NCBI GenBank assembly: GCA_044347345.1
Contig: JBIKUX010000012.1
Location: 1-64,000 of the forward strand
Direction of reading: 5' to 3'
Origin: Bdellovibrionota bacterium
Lineage (GTDB): Bacteria > Bdellovibrionota_C > UBA2361 > JBIKUX01
DNA length: 64,000 nucleotides
The position numbers were made by a program, and so were the translations under genes. Shown one piece after another: positions 39,727 through 50,075 of this stretch (position 1 is its first letter; each line of letters begins with the position of its first letter). The notes beneath the pieces are model-generated. The model did not search any database. It was not told the DNA's origin and saw only the letters and a program-made list of their open reading frames with translations.

Positions 39727-41523
39727 ATGAGTGACCAAAAACAAGGATCAAAAAGCATAGAGGCTATTCGCCTTCTTTTTCACGCCGCATGGAGAGCAAC
39801 TTCTCAAGAGAGGTTGAAATTCTGGCTGTTTATATTTTGTTTTGTGCTCTCAAATCTTCTTGAACTACTTGTTCCTTGGATAATTGGATGGACCTTAGCA
39901 GTATTAGTAAAAGAAGGTCTTACTGATGCGGCATTCAAAACAAGCTTATTTGGAGTAAGTGGCTACGTCGCTGTCAGACTTACACATACTATCTTGCATC
40001 ATTGTGCCCGGTACTTACAGCTACAAGTAGCCTATTCAGCAAGAATGTTTGAGATTCAACAAGTATTTCGGGGATTACTACAATTTCCTCTGAGCTGGCA
40101 CATTCGTTGCCATTCTGGTGAGAGTTTAAGCAAATTATTTAGAGCAGCTGGCGCTATAGAAAGCACAATAGGTACTTATGTATGGCAAATAGTCGAAGGT
40201 CTTATCAAAGTTGCTTTTGCTAGCGTAGCTATCATTGCTCTCGATCTTTGGGTAGCTCTAAATGTTATAGTATTAGGCGGTCTTGCGATATTTGGAATGG
40301 TTTATTTTAATCGTCGCCTAACTCTAGCTTACCGTGCAAACAATATCTTTCTAAATAAGCTTAACCGTATTTGTGTAGACTATCTATCTCATCTAATAAC
40401 AGTAAAAACGCTCTCATTAGAACCAGCCGCTGAAAGATATCTAGCCGACCAAGAGCCAGAAGGTCTGGTGCATTGCCGGCGCATCGCTCGCTTTTCAGAG
40501 CTAAAATGGAGCATGACAGGCATTGGTTATGGCTTGGTAATTGGCAGCTCGCTTGTTATTTATTTCTACGGACACAGGGTTCGTGGAATTCCTATAGACA
40601 TAGCCGCTGTCTATGTCCTTATTAATTACTTAGATCGCATATTTGGAGCTATTGGTTCATTTACTGGTTACTACAGCGGCGTGATAGAAGCTTCAATCGC
40701 TTATGAAGATGCTACAGATATACTCTCACAAGCTGCCGCATTACCTAAACGTAGCTCGATTACAGCTCTTCGCAGTGAGTGGCAAGGAGTTACAATAAAT
40801 AATATCTCCTTCAGTTATGTACCAGGGGAACCTGGTGGACTGCATGATCTTAAAATGATGCTTACCCGAGGAGAAAAAATAGCCCTTGTTGGCCCTAGTG
40901 GTGGTGGAAAATCAACTCTACTTAAAGTACTTGGCGGAGTAATTGCTCCTCATCATGCTCAAATATACTCTGATATCGGTCGAGAAGTGCCAGTAGAGGA
41001 TTTAGCAGATAGATCTCTATTAGTACCACAAGAACCAGAAGTTTTTTCTGAAACTCTCTACTACAATCTTACGATGGGAGAGCGAATGAATTCCGATGAA
41101 ATTAATAAAGTGATAGGTCTTTGTAGACTAGAAAGAGTAGTAGAGAAGCTTCCTCACGGCATTCACTCCTTTTTAGCGGAAAACGGTCGTAACTTATCTG
41201 TTGGTGAAAAGCAACGAGTTGCTCTTGCCAGAGGCCTGCTACGACTTGCTCGCAAAGAAATTTTGCTCCTCGATGAGCCAACATCTAGTTTAGATCCAGC
41301 TACAGAACGACTAATTTTTGAGAGAATTTTAAACGAATTTAAGGAGCGTACAGTCCTTACAGCATGTCATCGTCTAAACTTAATGCCTTTATTCGACAAA
41401 ATCGCTTACGTAGCTGGTGGAAGAATAGAGGAAATGGGTCACTTTGAAGAGCTAAGACGCTCAGGAGGACTATTCCAAAAAGCTTGGGACGAATATGAAC
41501 AGGGTGTATGTGCAATACTATAA
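39727..41523 (+). CDS. ABC exporter, fused TMD-NBD
   Basis: About 6 TM, GPSGGGKST, LSVGEKQR, LLDEPTSSLD, HRL. Confidence 0.92.
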   Translation: MSDQKQGSKSIEAIRLLFHAAWRATSQERLKFWLFIFCFVLSNLLELLVPWIIGWTLAVLVKEGLTDAAFKTSLFGVSGYVAVRLTHTILHHCARYLQLQVAYSARMFEIQQVFRGLLQFPLSWHIRCHSGESLSKLFRAAGAIESTIGTYVWQIVEGLIKVAFASVAIIALDLWVALNVIVLGGLAIFGMVYFNRRLTLAYRANNIFLNKLNRICVDYLSHLITVKTLSLEPAAERYLADQEPEGLVHCRRIARFSELKWSMTGIGYGLVIGSSLVIYFYGHRVRGIPIDIAAVYVLINYLDRIFGAIGSFTGYYSGVIEASIAYEDATDILSQAAALPKRSSITALRSEWQGVTINNISFSYVPGEPGGLHDLKMMLTRGEKIALVGPSGGGKSTLLKVLGGVIAPHHAQIYSDIGREVPVEDLADRSLLVPQEPEVFSETLYYNLTMGERMNSDEINKVIGLCRLERVVEKLPHGIHSFLAENGRNLSVGEKQRVALARGLLRLARKEILLLDEPTSSLDPATERLIFERILNEFKERTVLTACHRLNLMPLFDKIAYVAGGRIEEMGHFEELRRSGGLFQKAWDEYEQGVCAIL

Positions 41524-41565
41524 AAAATTGACCGAAAATCATTTTTACGGCCAACAAATCAAGTG

Positions 41566-42294
41566 CTAAACAGGTTGAATGCTTCCTAAGCCTCCGTCTA
41601 TACCTATAACCTGACCAGTAATCCAACTTGATTGTGGATCGATTAAATATGCCACAAGAGATGCAATTTCCTCAGCCGTACCAGTTCGCTTCAAAGCATG
41701 TACATTTTGCGAGTACTCTAAAGCTCGCTGATTGGTAAATATCTTAGAGGCAAGTGGGGTGTCTACAAGACCAGGTGCTACACAATTAACACGAATTCTT
41801 GGAGCGTAGGTTGCTGCAGCAGAGAGTGTAAGGCCTACTATACCTGCCTTTGCCGCTGCGACAACTTCGTGTTGTTTTATACCTATGCGCGCTGCAGCAG
41901 ATGAAAATAAAATTATACTGCCACCTTCTTGACTTATAATTTGAGAGCCATATTTAACGACAGCAAATGCAGTTGTAAGATTTTGCTCTATCACTTGACG
42001 ATACTCATCCTCTCGAGTCAAGTGAGCAGGCTTAACAAGTATTGCACCCGCACAATTTACAACAGCGGTTAAAGAACCTATTTTTTCTTTTATCTCTCTA
42101 AAAAAATTTTCAACCTCATCAAAATGAGTCGCATCAACTGAACGTACAAAAATATCACCTAAAGAATTTTTTACTTCTATTAGTTTAGCTTCATCTCTTG
42201 CACAAATAGCAACTTCAACGCCTTTTGCCTTGAGATGTCGGCAAAGAGCTAAACCAATACCACTACTTCCTCCAATTATTGCTACTTTTTCCAT
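41566..42294 (-). CDS. SDR family oxidoreductase (atypical active site)
   Basis: GGSSGIG, NCAG, NCVAPG, ITGQVIGIDGG; start MEKV follows GGAG. Confidence 0.9.
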   Translation of the reverse strand: MEKVAIIGGSSGIGLALCRHLKAKGVEVAICARDEAKLIEVKNSLGDIFVRSVDATHFDEVENFFREIKEKIGSLTAVVNCAGAILVKPAHLTREDEYRQVIEQNLTTAFAVVKYGSQIISQEGGSIILFSSAAARIGIKQHEVVAAAKAGIVGLTLSAAATYAPRIRVNCVAPGLVDTPLASKIFTNQRALEYSQNVHALKRTGTAEEIASLVAYLIDPQSSWITGQVIGIDGGLGSIQPV

Positions 42295-42363
42295 TGCATA
42301 TTTCTCCAAGCTATCATCAATCATAATAGACAATAGTTTTTATCCATACGAGAGGCTATTCTA

Positions 42364-43746
42364 ATGCAAAAGAAACAATCAAGATGGATCTTGGCAGGTT
42401 TTATTCTTCTGAGCTCTGTTAGATTTGTTTATGTTTTAGGTGATCTTTGGCTTGATGAAATATGGAGTCTTTTTGCAGCCCACGGTGTAGGGGATTTTCC
42501 ACTATTTGATGGACACCTATCTTTATACACCAAATTTTTGAAAATTTTTCTGCTACAAACTAATCCCTATTTGTTACGTTTTCCCAGTACTATCTGCGCT
42601 CTAACCGGTACTTTTATTTTTATTTATCTTACTCCCTTTATAACAACTCCTGTGAGACTTATTTGGGGAGTATTGGTGCTACCATCATTTTTTTTAGCGC
42701 TTTATGGCAGTGAAGCTAGACCTTACGGGGGAATGATACTTTTTGGAGCTCTCTCCATTATCAGCTTTTTAAAAATAATAAAAGGATATCTTTATCCTTA
42801 TCTATTTATTTTTTGGTTTACCACAATTTTAACACTTTCAATTCATCTTTCATTTATATTCACATATACAGGACTCCTCATTTATTCGTTAATTAAAATC
42901 TTATCTAATTTTAAAAGTATTAATATACATGCGTATATTCATTCACTTCCTACAATAGGATTAGCTATATTTTGGTATGTCAATCTTAATAATCTGCCAA
43001 CGAGTACCGGTAGTCGACTATCTTACCTATCCAGTTTAGTTAATCTTGTAAGTGCTACATTTGGTGGACCTTTAATAACTGCTTGTTCAGAAACTTTCAC
43101 TATTATCGCTCTTATTTTATTTTTATGCCTCTTGGCAATTAGTCTTGTTGTACTGACCAAACTCCCAAAAGAACATGCGCAATTACTCTGCTCCATACTT
43201 ATACTTGGGCCGGTTCTTGTTATGCTTTTTCTTAGACCAACTCTTATTTATCCTCGCTATTTTCTTATGCAATCGTATGTACTAACTCTGTTAGTAGCAA
43301 TTGCTTTATCATCAGGTCTAGTTTATGGAAGATTTCTGAGATATCTATCTCTTATTATTTTAACCGGCATATTTATAGGTAATATTGCACAAGCAATTTT
43401 TTTTGCTAAAGTTAAAAGAGGTGAACCAAGTAAAATTATTTCCTTACTTTACAAAGAGCAACCAACCTCCTTAGGCGTAGATCACGATTTTCGCATACCT
43501 TTAGTATTTAATTACTTGCAACAGTATTATCCTGAATATAATGGTGCACAGTGGACGACTCTTTCTTATAAAGATAGCTCTACTACTACAAATACATCTT
43601 TATTTTCTCATCTGGTTACTCACACATTTGACCCATATTGTTCGTCTACACAAAAGTTCCCCAAATGTACAAAATTAATTTCAACTTCTTACAATGGACT
43701 CGCTGGATGGGGATGGACAGTTTTTCGGTGTAACAAGCAAGATTAG
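42364..43746 (+). CDS. Polytopic membrane protein, probable GT-C glycosyltransferase
   Basis: LWLDE acidic motif after TM1, LRFPS, SEARPYG, PRYF; many TMs. Confidence 0.7.
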   Translation: MQKKQSRWILAGFILLSSVRFVYVLGDLWLDEIWSLFAAHGVGDFPLFDGHLSLYTKFLKIFLLQTNPYLLRFPSTICALTGTFIFIYLTPFITTPVRLIWGVLVLPSFFLALYGSEARPYGGMILFGALSIISFLKIIKGYLYPYLFIFWFTTILTLSIHLSFIFTYTGLLIYSLIKILSNFKSINIHAYIHSLPTIGLAIFWYVNLNNLPTSTGSRLSYLSSLVNLVSATFGGPLITACSETFTIIALILFLCLLAISLVVLTKLPKEHAQLLCSILILGPVLVMLFLRPTLIYPRYFLMQSYVLTLLVAIALSSGLVYGRFLRYLSLIILTGIFIGNIAQAIFFAKVKRGEPSKIISLLYKEQPTSLGVDHDFRIPLVFNYLQQYYPEYNGAQWTTLSYKDSSTTTNTSLFSHLVTHTFDPYCSSTQKFPKCTKLISTSYNGLAGWGWTVFRCNKQD

Positions 43747-43974
43747 TAATAAATCAAATTACACAGTTATTAAATTTATCTACCTTAAATCTTTCATACG
43801 ATTTCATAATCAAAAAATCATACAAGACTAAAGTATTTAATAGCCAATAAAACACTTTAATTACTATACTTAATTATTGATATTTATATATTTGCTTGAT
43901 ATACCAAATATGTTAATTTTATATGAGCCACTAAATGGCTTACCGATTTAACATTTTAATCGCAGAAACAAATC

Positions 43975-46134
43975 ATGACTCTCAAGCGCTCGAAAGCTAT
44001 TACTATCATCACTGTTTTCATTTATTTTGTTTGTTTTATCCATAACAAAGCCTACTCTGAAGAAGCAACAGAATTCTCAACACTTGATCCTTTAAATGTT
44101 CAATCCGACTATCTACCCAAAACTGTCTACCATATGCCTCCAGACACAGAAGATGGGAAAATATATGCTGGAAAAAAAACTACTACAGTTCCCTTAGAAA
44201 CCCTCCCCACAATCACTACAAATAATTATAGGCAAGCCCTTTCTCAAATCTCAGGCCTCCTCGTTAGCGAAGTCTCTAATGAAAGTTTTGCTAGCCTCAA
44301 TTACCGAGGTATTGGCGACCCACACGAATCATTCAATTTAATGCTACTACAGGATGGTATACCAATTAGTGCCGACCCATACGGATATCCTGCCGCATAT
44401 TATCAACCCCCTCTTGAATCTATTGAAACCGTTGAATTTGTCCGAGGAGGGGCTGGACTCCTATATGGCCCACTTCCAGGAGGCTCACTAAACTTTATTT
44501 CACAAAGACCACCCTTCGATAAAAGTTTCGATATTAAAAGCCGAAATATTTTCGGTTCAAAAAATTTCTTCTCTACTTACAATCAAATAGCCGGCAGCTC
44601 CAAAGACGCTCAATACTTTGGATTTTTACATCACCGCAGATCAGATGGCTTCAGAAGCACTAACAGCGATTATGAGATCTCCAATGGTGAAGTCCGTCTA
44701 ACAACCGATACGTCTACTGAAACCTCGATCAATATATCGATGAATGCGTACAATGCAGATAGTGGAGAAGCAGGTGGACTAGGTAATACTACCGCTCCCG
44801 GAGTAGCCTCCTATAATGAGAACCGATTCCAAACTACTAGAGAATACGATCGTCTGCGAATAGAGAGATATGCTCCGCGAGTTGACGTAATCCATGAATT
44901 CGATTCCAACACAAAACTAATAAACAACTCCTGGTTCACTTACCTGAGACGATACAGTAAGCGTCAAGACTTAGGAGGAGCCCCTACGCCTCCTCCCACA
45001 TTTGGCGGTTTTGCGTTAGGCAACACTAACACTATCGCTATTCAAGAATTCTACACTACGGGAAACCAAACTCGAGTTTCTCATAATTATGAACTAGGCG
45101 GAGAAAAACATAGTCTCACCAGCGGTATTCAAATATTAAACACATCTTCTCCATTTCAAACTCAGAAAGGAGATAATCCAAATAGCGAAGCAGGTTCTGT
45201 TCAAAGAAATATAGACCGAAATACCACCACAGCAGCTCTTTTTGCCGAAAATTTATTTCGTATTGGTAAGTGGCGCATAACTCCAGGCTTACGCGTTGAA
45301 AATATTTGGCAAAACTTAGACGAAAATAAAGATATAAACGCTACTACACCTCTACGCTCAACAAATAATTTCAATGCAGTACCATTATTTGGTCTTGGCA
45401 TCGGACATGACATTCTCACTTCCGGTGAATGGTACAGCAATATTTCTCAAGGCTATCGTCCCGTTACATACCAAGATGCTCTTCCACTCGGACCAGGCGA
45501 TACAATTAGTAAAAATCTTGATGAAACAAATATTATCAACTACGAAACTGGTATTAGAGGTACCAAAGAAGATTGGTTAAATTGGGATACAAGCTTATTT
45601 TTAATAGATTTCGATAATCAAGTTGGACGTGTAGGAACCGAAATTCAAAATGTTGGAAGAGCTAAATACATGGGAGCAGACCTCGCTCTAGAATTAGATC
45701 TGTTACATCTCTCAAATAAAATTTCTAATAACTCAGCTACAAATAGCTGGGGCTCTTTATCTTGGTACGGTAATATATCACTACTTAAGGCCGAGTTTAC
45801 CAAGGGACCAGTAGACGGAAAAACACCACAATATGCACCCGACTATCTCCTTAAAACCGGAGCCATATGGCGTCGTGAAGGACTAAAAGTAGCATTACTC
45901 GGAAATTTAATTGGTGACCACTTTGGAGATGATGCAAACTCAACAGAAAGATACATTCCATCTTTCAGATTATGGGATCTCACAGCCGATATCCCCATTT
46001 ATGGTGATTGGGCATCAATAACTACTGGAGTAAACAATATCTTTGATGAAACATATTACTCACGAGTTCGCGGTAATGGGATTGAACCAGGAAATCCACG
46101 TAACTGGTATGCTGGCCTAACTCTACAATTTTAA
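43975..46134 (+). CDS. TonB-dependent outer-membrane receptor (FecA-like)
   Basis: Signal peptide, plug LLQDGIP...VEFVRGGAGLLYG, TPGLRVE, GVNNIFD...Y, C-terminal Phe. Confidence 0.93.
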   Translation: MTLKRSKAITIITVFIYFVCFIHNKAYSEEATEFSTLDPLNVQSDYLPKTVYHMPPDTEDGKIYAGKKTTTVPLETLPTITTNNYRQALSQISGLLVSEVSNESFASLNYRGIGDPHESFNLMLLQDGIPISADPYGYPAAYYQPPLESIETVEFVRGGAGLLYGPLPGGSLNFISQRPPFDKSFDIKSRNIFGSKNFFSTYNQIAGSSKDAQYFGFLHHRRSDGFRSTNSDYEISNGEVRLTTDTSTETSINISMNAYNADSGEAGGLGNTTAPGVASYNENRFQTTREYDRLRIERYAPRVDVIHEFDSNTKLINNSWFTYLRRYSKRQDLGGAPTPPPTFGGFALGNTNTIAIQEFYTTGNQTRVSHNYELGGEKHSLTSGIQILNTSSPFQTQKGDNPNSEAGSVQRNIDRNTTTAALFAENLFRIGKWRITPGLRVENIWQNLDENKDINATTPLRSTNNFNAVPLFGLGIGHDILTSGEWYSNISQGYRPVTYQDALPLGPGDTISKNLDETNIINYETGIRGTKEDWLNWDTSLFLIDFDNQVGRVGTEIQNVGRAKYMGADLALELDLLHLSNKISNNSATNSWGSLSWYGNISLLKAEFTKGPVDGKTPQYAPDYLLKTGAIWRREGLKVALLGNLIGDHFGDDANSTERYIPSFRLWDLTADIPIYGDWASITTGVNNIFDETYYSRVRGNGIEPGNPRNWYAGLTLQF

Positions 46135-46152
46135 TTGAGCTAACAGGTAGTC

Positions 46153-46776
46153 TTAGCAAACAAGGGGTACGAAACGTACCGGCATAATTACTTCTTCTGA
46201 AATCTGCCCCTTGTTATTTTCCACAACCGTAAGCTGCTGACCATTAGTCCCAACAGGAATTATAAGTCGTCCACCGTCAGCAAGCTGGCTACTTAGAGCA
46301 GAAGGTATCTCCTTAGCAGCAGCAGCTACCAGTATTGCATTAAAAGGAGCCTCATCAATCCATCCACTTACTCCGTCACCAATTCTTACTGAAATATTCT
46401 TATAGCCGAGGTGATCTAAAGTCTTCCGAGCTCGATTTGCTAATGCAGGTATTCGCTCGATTGAGTAAACAAAACTGGCTAATAAACTAAGAATCGCGGC
46501 TTGATATCCGGAACCCGTACCAATATCTAAAATACGATGCTGTGGCTTAATTTGCGCCAATGAACACATAAGAGCAACCATATATGGCTGGGATATAGTC
46601 TGATGAAATCCTATAGGAAGTGGTTCATCAGAATAAGCTCTGTTCTGATATTCTAATGGAACAAATTCATGCCGAGGAACCGTTCTCATGGCTCCCTGAA
46701 CACGTGGGTCGCAGATATTTCGGCCAGCTATTTGTTCAGCTACCATCTTTCTAATGGAGCCAGTAAAACTGTCCAT
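46153..46776 (-). CDS. pcm: Protein-L-isoaspartate O-methyltransferase
   Basis: VPRHEFV, QTISQPYMVA, IGTGSGYQAA, VRFVPL. Confidence 0.95.
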   Translation of the reverse strand: MDSFTGSIRKMVAEQIAGRNICDPRVQGAMRTVPRHEFVPLEYQNRAYSDEPLPIGFHQTISQPYMVALMCSLAQIKPQHRILDIGTGSGYQAAILSLLASFVYSIERIPALANRARKTLDHLGYKNISVRIGDGVSGWIDEAPFNAILVAAAAKEIPSALSSQLADGGRLIIPVGTNGQQLTVVENNKGQISEEVIMPVRFVPLVC

Positions 46777-46829
46777 TAATTGATATTACCCTTATTTTTT
46801 GACAGTGTTTTTTGATTTGAGCCTAATCG

Positions 46830-46999
46830 AGAACTATCACAACATACTGACTAGCCTTAGTCTGGCTCCCCGGGCAGGACTCGCAGTATTTTTTCTGGTT
46901 CGAGTCCTCTTTTTCGAGGCCTCCTTAATTTGCTTAATTTAAGCCAGAATTATCACAACATATTATCTAGCCTTAATCTGGCTCCCCGGGCAGGACTCG
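46830..46999. repeat. Imperfect 54-bp direct repeat containing the last 21 nt of tRNA-Asn plus 33 nt of its trailer
   Basis: 46830-46883 vs 46946-46999, period 116 bp; 5 mismatches, all in the non-tRNA part. Confidence 0.9.
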
Positions 47000-47054
47000 A
47001 ACCTGCGACAGGGTGGTTAACAGCCACCTGCTCTACCAACTGAGCTACCGAGGA
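46979..47054 (-). tRNA. tRNA-Asn (GTT), CCA encoded
   Basis: TCCTCGGTAGCTCAGTTGGTAGAGCAGGTGGCTGTTAACCACCCTGTCGCAGGTTCGAGTCCTGCCCGGGGAGCCA folds as a 76-nt cloverleaf. Confidence 0.97.
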
Positions 47055-47106
47055 ATGTTGGATTACAGTAAGAGGGTACGAAGTTTGGTGAGAAAGTCAA
47101 GTTATC

Positions 47107-47712
47107 TTACAACAAACTGCGAGCAGAAAATGCTCGCGAAAGAGTCAATTCATCCGTAAACTCAAGCTCACCCCCCTTAGGTATACCCTGAGCTAACCTA
47201 GAACACTTAATGCCTAACTTAGATATAATTCCTCTTACATACAATGCAGTTGCATCTCCCTCAATCGTTGCACTCGTTGCCAAAATGACTTCCTCAACTC
47301 CACCACCTTCTAAAAGACGCTTAGATAACTCCTCAATCGTAAGATCAGTGGTACTCATACCACCTAAAGGTGACCATACCCCACGCAATACATGATATAT
47401 TCCCCCAAACTCACCAATCCTCTCTATAGCAATCACATCAGCAGCTTTCTCAACAACACAAAGAACCGAAGAATCACGAGTAGAATCAGAGCATATCGAA
47501 CAAATAGAGCCGGTAGCTAATGAATAACATCGACTACACTCAGAAATCTGACTGAGAGCATCCTCAATAGCCTTAGAAAGTAAATGTGCCCCTTCACGAT
47601 CTTTACTTACAAGATGATAAGCAAGACGACTTGCAGATTTTTCACCAATTGCAGGAAGGCGAGTAAAAACTCGCACTAAACGCTCTAAAGGTGGTGGCAA
47701 TAAAGAGCGCAT
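47107..47712 (-). CDS. recR: Recombination mediator RecR
   Basis: LPAIGEKSASRLA, C4 zinc finger, CVVE, YHVL, EGDATA, SRLAQGIP. Confidence 0.95.
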   Translation of the reverse strand: MRSLLPPPLERLVRVFTRLPAIGEKSASRLAYHLVSKDREGAHLLSKAIEDALSQISECSRCYSLATGSICSICSDSTRDSSVLCVVEKAADVIAIERIGEFGGIYHVLRGVWSPLGGMSTTDLTIEELSKRLLEGGGVEEVILATSATIEGDATALYVRGIISKLGIKCSRLAQGIPKGGELEFTDELTLSRAFSARSLL

Positions 47713-47724
47713 ATAAAATATTAC

Positions 47725-48063
47725 TTAAAATAATCCTGGGATAGAAATTCCTCCCGTTACTTTACTCATTTCAGTCTGAGCATGCTCATGAACCTTCATA
47801 GTTGCCTCATTAAAAGCAGCAGCAATCATATCCTGTAGCATCTCAACATCCTCAGGATCTACTACTTGCTTCTCTATCGTTAATGATACAACCCTGTACC
47901 GTCCATCAAGTACAACTTTAACCATTCCGCCACCAGACTGAGCCTCCACAGTGTAAGATTCAAGTAATGCCTGAGTCTTTGCTATATCCTCTTGCATTTT
48001 CTTTGCTTGCTGCACCAATGCTTGAAGATTCTGCGGATTGCCACCAGTAAATCCCTTTGCCAT
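47725..48063 (-). CDS. ybaB: YbaB/EbfC nucleoid-associated protein
   Basis: QAKKMQ, SGGGMVKV, EMLQDMIAAAFNEA; dnaX-ybaB-recR synteny. Confidence 0.93.
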   Translation of the reverse strand: MAKGFTGGNPQNLQALVQQAKKMQEDIAKTQALLESYTVEAQSGGGMVKVVLDGRYRVVSLTIEKQVVDPEDVEMLQDMIAAAFNEATMKVHEHAQTEMSKVTGGISIPGLF

Positions 48064-48087
48064 AAGTTCCCCCACCTAATTAAAACA

Positions 48088-49695
48088 TTATTCACCCTCA
48101 ATACTGCTGCCAGGAAATACCTTTTGCAACTCTCGAAATAAAGGATGATTCGTTGCTATTTCTCGCTCACGTCGTAATTTTTCAGTATTCTGTTTTCTCT
48201 CTTGACCATAGATAGATTCTTCTAGTACACCGTCCACAACTTCAAAAGAAAAACGCCAATTTATGCCTGGAAAATTTTGAGACAGAACATCTGTGAATTG
48301 CTGAAGAACCGCTGGTCTATTAAGAGACTTTATATTGAACTCAGGCCCCTTAAAAAGAAGATCGCCCACATTACCTGAACAGACAATCAAAACTCTACGT
48401 AAATTTTCCATTAAGATAGGTGACACAGATCGTTCAAAAATTTTAATTAATTCAACCGCTTCTGGCATAGCAAATATACCATCTCGCTGATTCTGTTCCT
48501 CAACATTACTTTGCACTGAAGAAAAAGGCTTATGTACCAATTCATCCGATTTATGAGATTGAAGTGTGCTATTGGAAACAGAATGTACTAAAGATAAAAA
48601 ATCCTCAGTTGGTTCCCTTGTAGCCATTCTAATAATAAGTGCATCAATAGCTACATCAGGAGAAAAGCTTCTCAGGGCATCATCTCCTCCCCTTCTTGCT
48701 ATATCGCAAAGATCTTGAATATCAATCAATAAAAATTGATCAAGTAGCCCATCATCAATAAGATGATTAACACCCCTTTTACTAGCTCCCACTTTATAAC
48801 AAAGAAGATCACGCCAATATTGAACGAACTCACGACAAAACAGCGCATAATCGTAAATATGAGCCTCGTCACGAATCCCCAAAGCTACATCTGGCTTACG
48901 CTCAAGAATCGCTCGAGCCAAATTAGATAACATATTTCGAGAGACTGTACCCAGTACTACACTAACTGTTTGTTCAGTTATCTGTCCATCAGCATACGCT
49001 ACAACACGCTCTAAAAGAGACTGTGCATCACGAAGAGATCCACCTGAAGAACGCGCAAGCGTCGCTAAAACACCATCATCTAGGGATAGATTCTCTCTAT
49101 TCGATATTAACTGTAGATTTTGTATAATTTCATGTTCAGAAAGAGAGCGAAGATCAAAACGCTGACAACGCGAAAGTACAGTTTCAGGAATTTTTTGTAG
49201 TTCAGTGGTAGCCAAAATAAAAATGGTATGTGGAGGAGGCTCTTCCAAACTCTTCAGTAATGCATTAAAGGCTGCATTACTGAGCATATGAACTTCATCA
49301 ATAATGTAAACTTTATAACTATAGCCTGTTGGTGGTACTGCTCTAAACGTATCTATTAGCTCTCTAATAGTATCAACGCTATTGTGAGATGCACCGTCTA
49401 TTTCTCGCACTGCCAAACTATTTCCAGCAGATATTTCACGACATACAAAACATGATTGACATGGATCTGCGTCAACCAACTGAGAACAGTTAAGTGCCTT
49501 TGCAAAAATACGCGCTATTGATGTCTTACCAGTTCCTCTAAGGCCAGTAAAAATATAAGCATGTCCAACTCTTTTTCTAATTATTGCGTTACGCAAAGTA
49601 CGCGTTACATGATCTTGTCCAGATACTTCAGCAAAGGTCTGAGGACGATACCGCCTAGCTACTACCTGATAAGATGAAGCTTCTCGATGCGACAT
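48088..49695 (-). CDS. dnaX: DNA polymerase III subunit gamma/tau
   Basis: ARRYRPQTF, GLRGTGKTS, IIDEVHML, LKSLEEPP, SRCQ, GSLRDA. Confidence 0.96.
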   Translation of the reverse strand: MSHREASSYQVVARRYRPQTFAEVSGQDHVTRTLRNAIIRKRVGHAYIFTGLRGTGKTSIARIFAKALNCSQLVDADPCQSCFVCREISAGNSLAVREIDGASHNSVDTIRELIDTFRAVPPTGYSYKVYIIDEVHMLSNAAFNALLKSLEEPPPHTIFILATTELQKIPETVLSRCQRFDLRSLSEHEIIQNLQLISNRENLSLDDGVLATLARSSGGSLRDAQSLLERVVAYADGQITEQTVSVVLGTVSRNMLSNLARAILERKPDVALGIRDEAHIYDYALFCREFVQYWRDLLCYKVGASKRGVNHLIDDGLLDQFLLIDIQDLCDIARRGGDDALRSFSPDVAIDALIIRMATREPTEDFLSLVHSVSNSTLQSHKSDELVHKPFSSVQSNVEEQNQRDGIFAMPEAVELIKIFERSVSPILMENLRRVLIVCSGNVGDLLFKGPEFNIKSLNRPAVLQQFTDVLSQNFPGINWRFSFEVVDGVLEESIYGQERKQNTEKLRREREIATNHPLFRELQKVFPGSSIEGE

Positions 49696-49724
49696 GAAAA
49701 GTAACTAAGTGAAATTAAGAAAAA

Positions 49725-49830
49725 GCGGCTCCTCCACAACAGCGAAGCGCAAGGATTAACCGCTACGGTTGCTTCCTTCCGAACCTGGCCGAGTTTACGG
49801 GTGCCTTCGAACGCTTTGCAGAAGAGCCAC
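49725..49830 (-). ncRNA. ffs: Signal recognition particle RNA (4.5S)
   Basis: Minus strand carries the helix-8 motif GCCAGGTTCGGAAGGAAGCAAC; ends GGCTCTTC/GGAGGAGCC pair; conserved position upstream of dnaX. Ends approximate. Confidence 0.9.
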
Positions 49831-50020
49831 ATCCCTAACTATAAAACGCTTCAGCCCAACTTACCAGCAAAAGAACCCTTGAAATTTAATATTAATTTTT
49901 TTCATCAGTGAGCGCACAATTCTAGTTTGTCTGCCTAGTTTTTTTGCCTCAGTGTAGTGGTATTTTTGCTACATCTAGAGTTCAGATAACCAAAAAATCA
50001 ATGATTTCAATATCAAATCT

Positions 50021-50037
50021 CTGGTACACCTTATGCT
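50021..50037 (+). promoter_or_regulatory. Putative sigma54 (-24/-12) promoter
   Basis: CTGGTACACCTTATGCT has GG-N10-GC spacing, close to TGGCAC-N5-TTGC, about 40 nt upstream of ATG 50076. Confidence 0.55.
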
Positions 50038-50075
50038 TACAGTCCTACAGCTTAATAGTTTAGAGGACTTTTTCA

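Noticed and set aside
43747-43974. Fur box or cobalamin riboswitch upstream of the TonB receptor
   Set aside because: The region is very AT-rich, with no convincing GATAATGATAATCATTATC match or B12-box.
46830-46999. CRISPR array or second tRNA gene
   Set aside because: Only two repeat copies, tRNA-derived, with no cas genes; the copy lacks the D and anticodon arms.
48088-49695. Programmed -1 frameshift in dnaX (gamma/tau)
   Set aside because: No A AAA AAG-type slippery site with a downstream hairpin was noticed after domain III.
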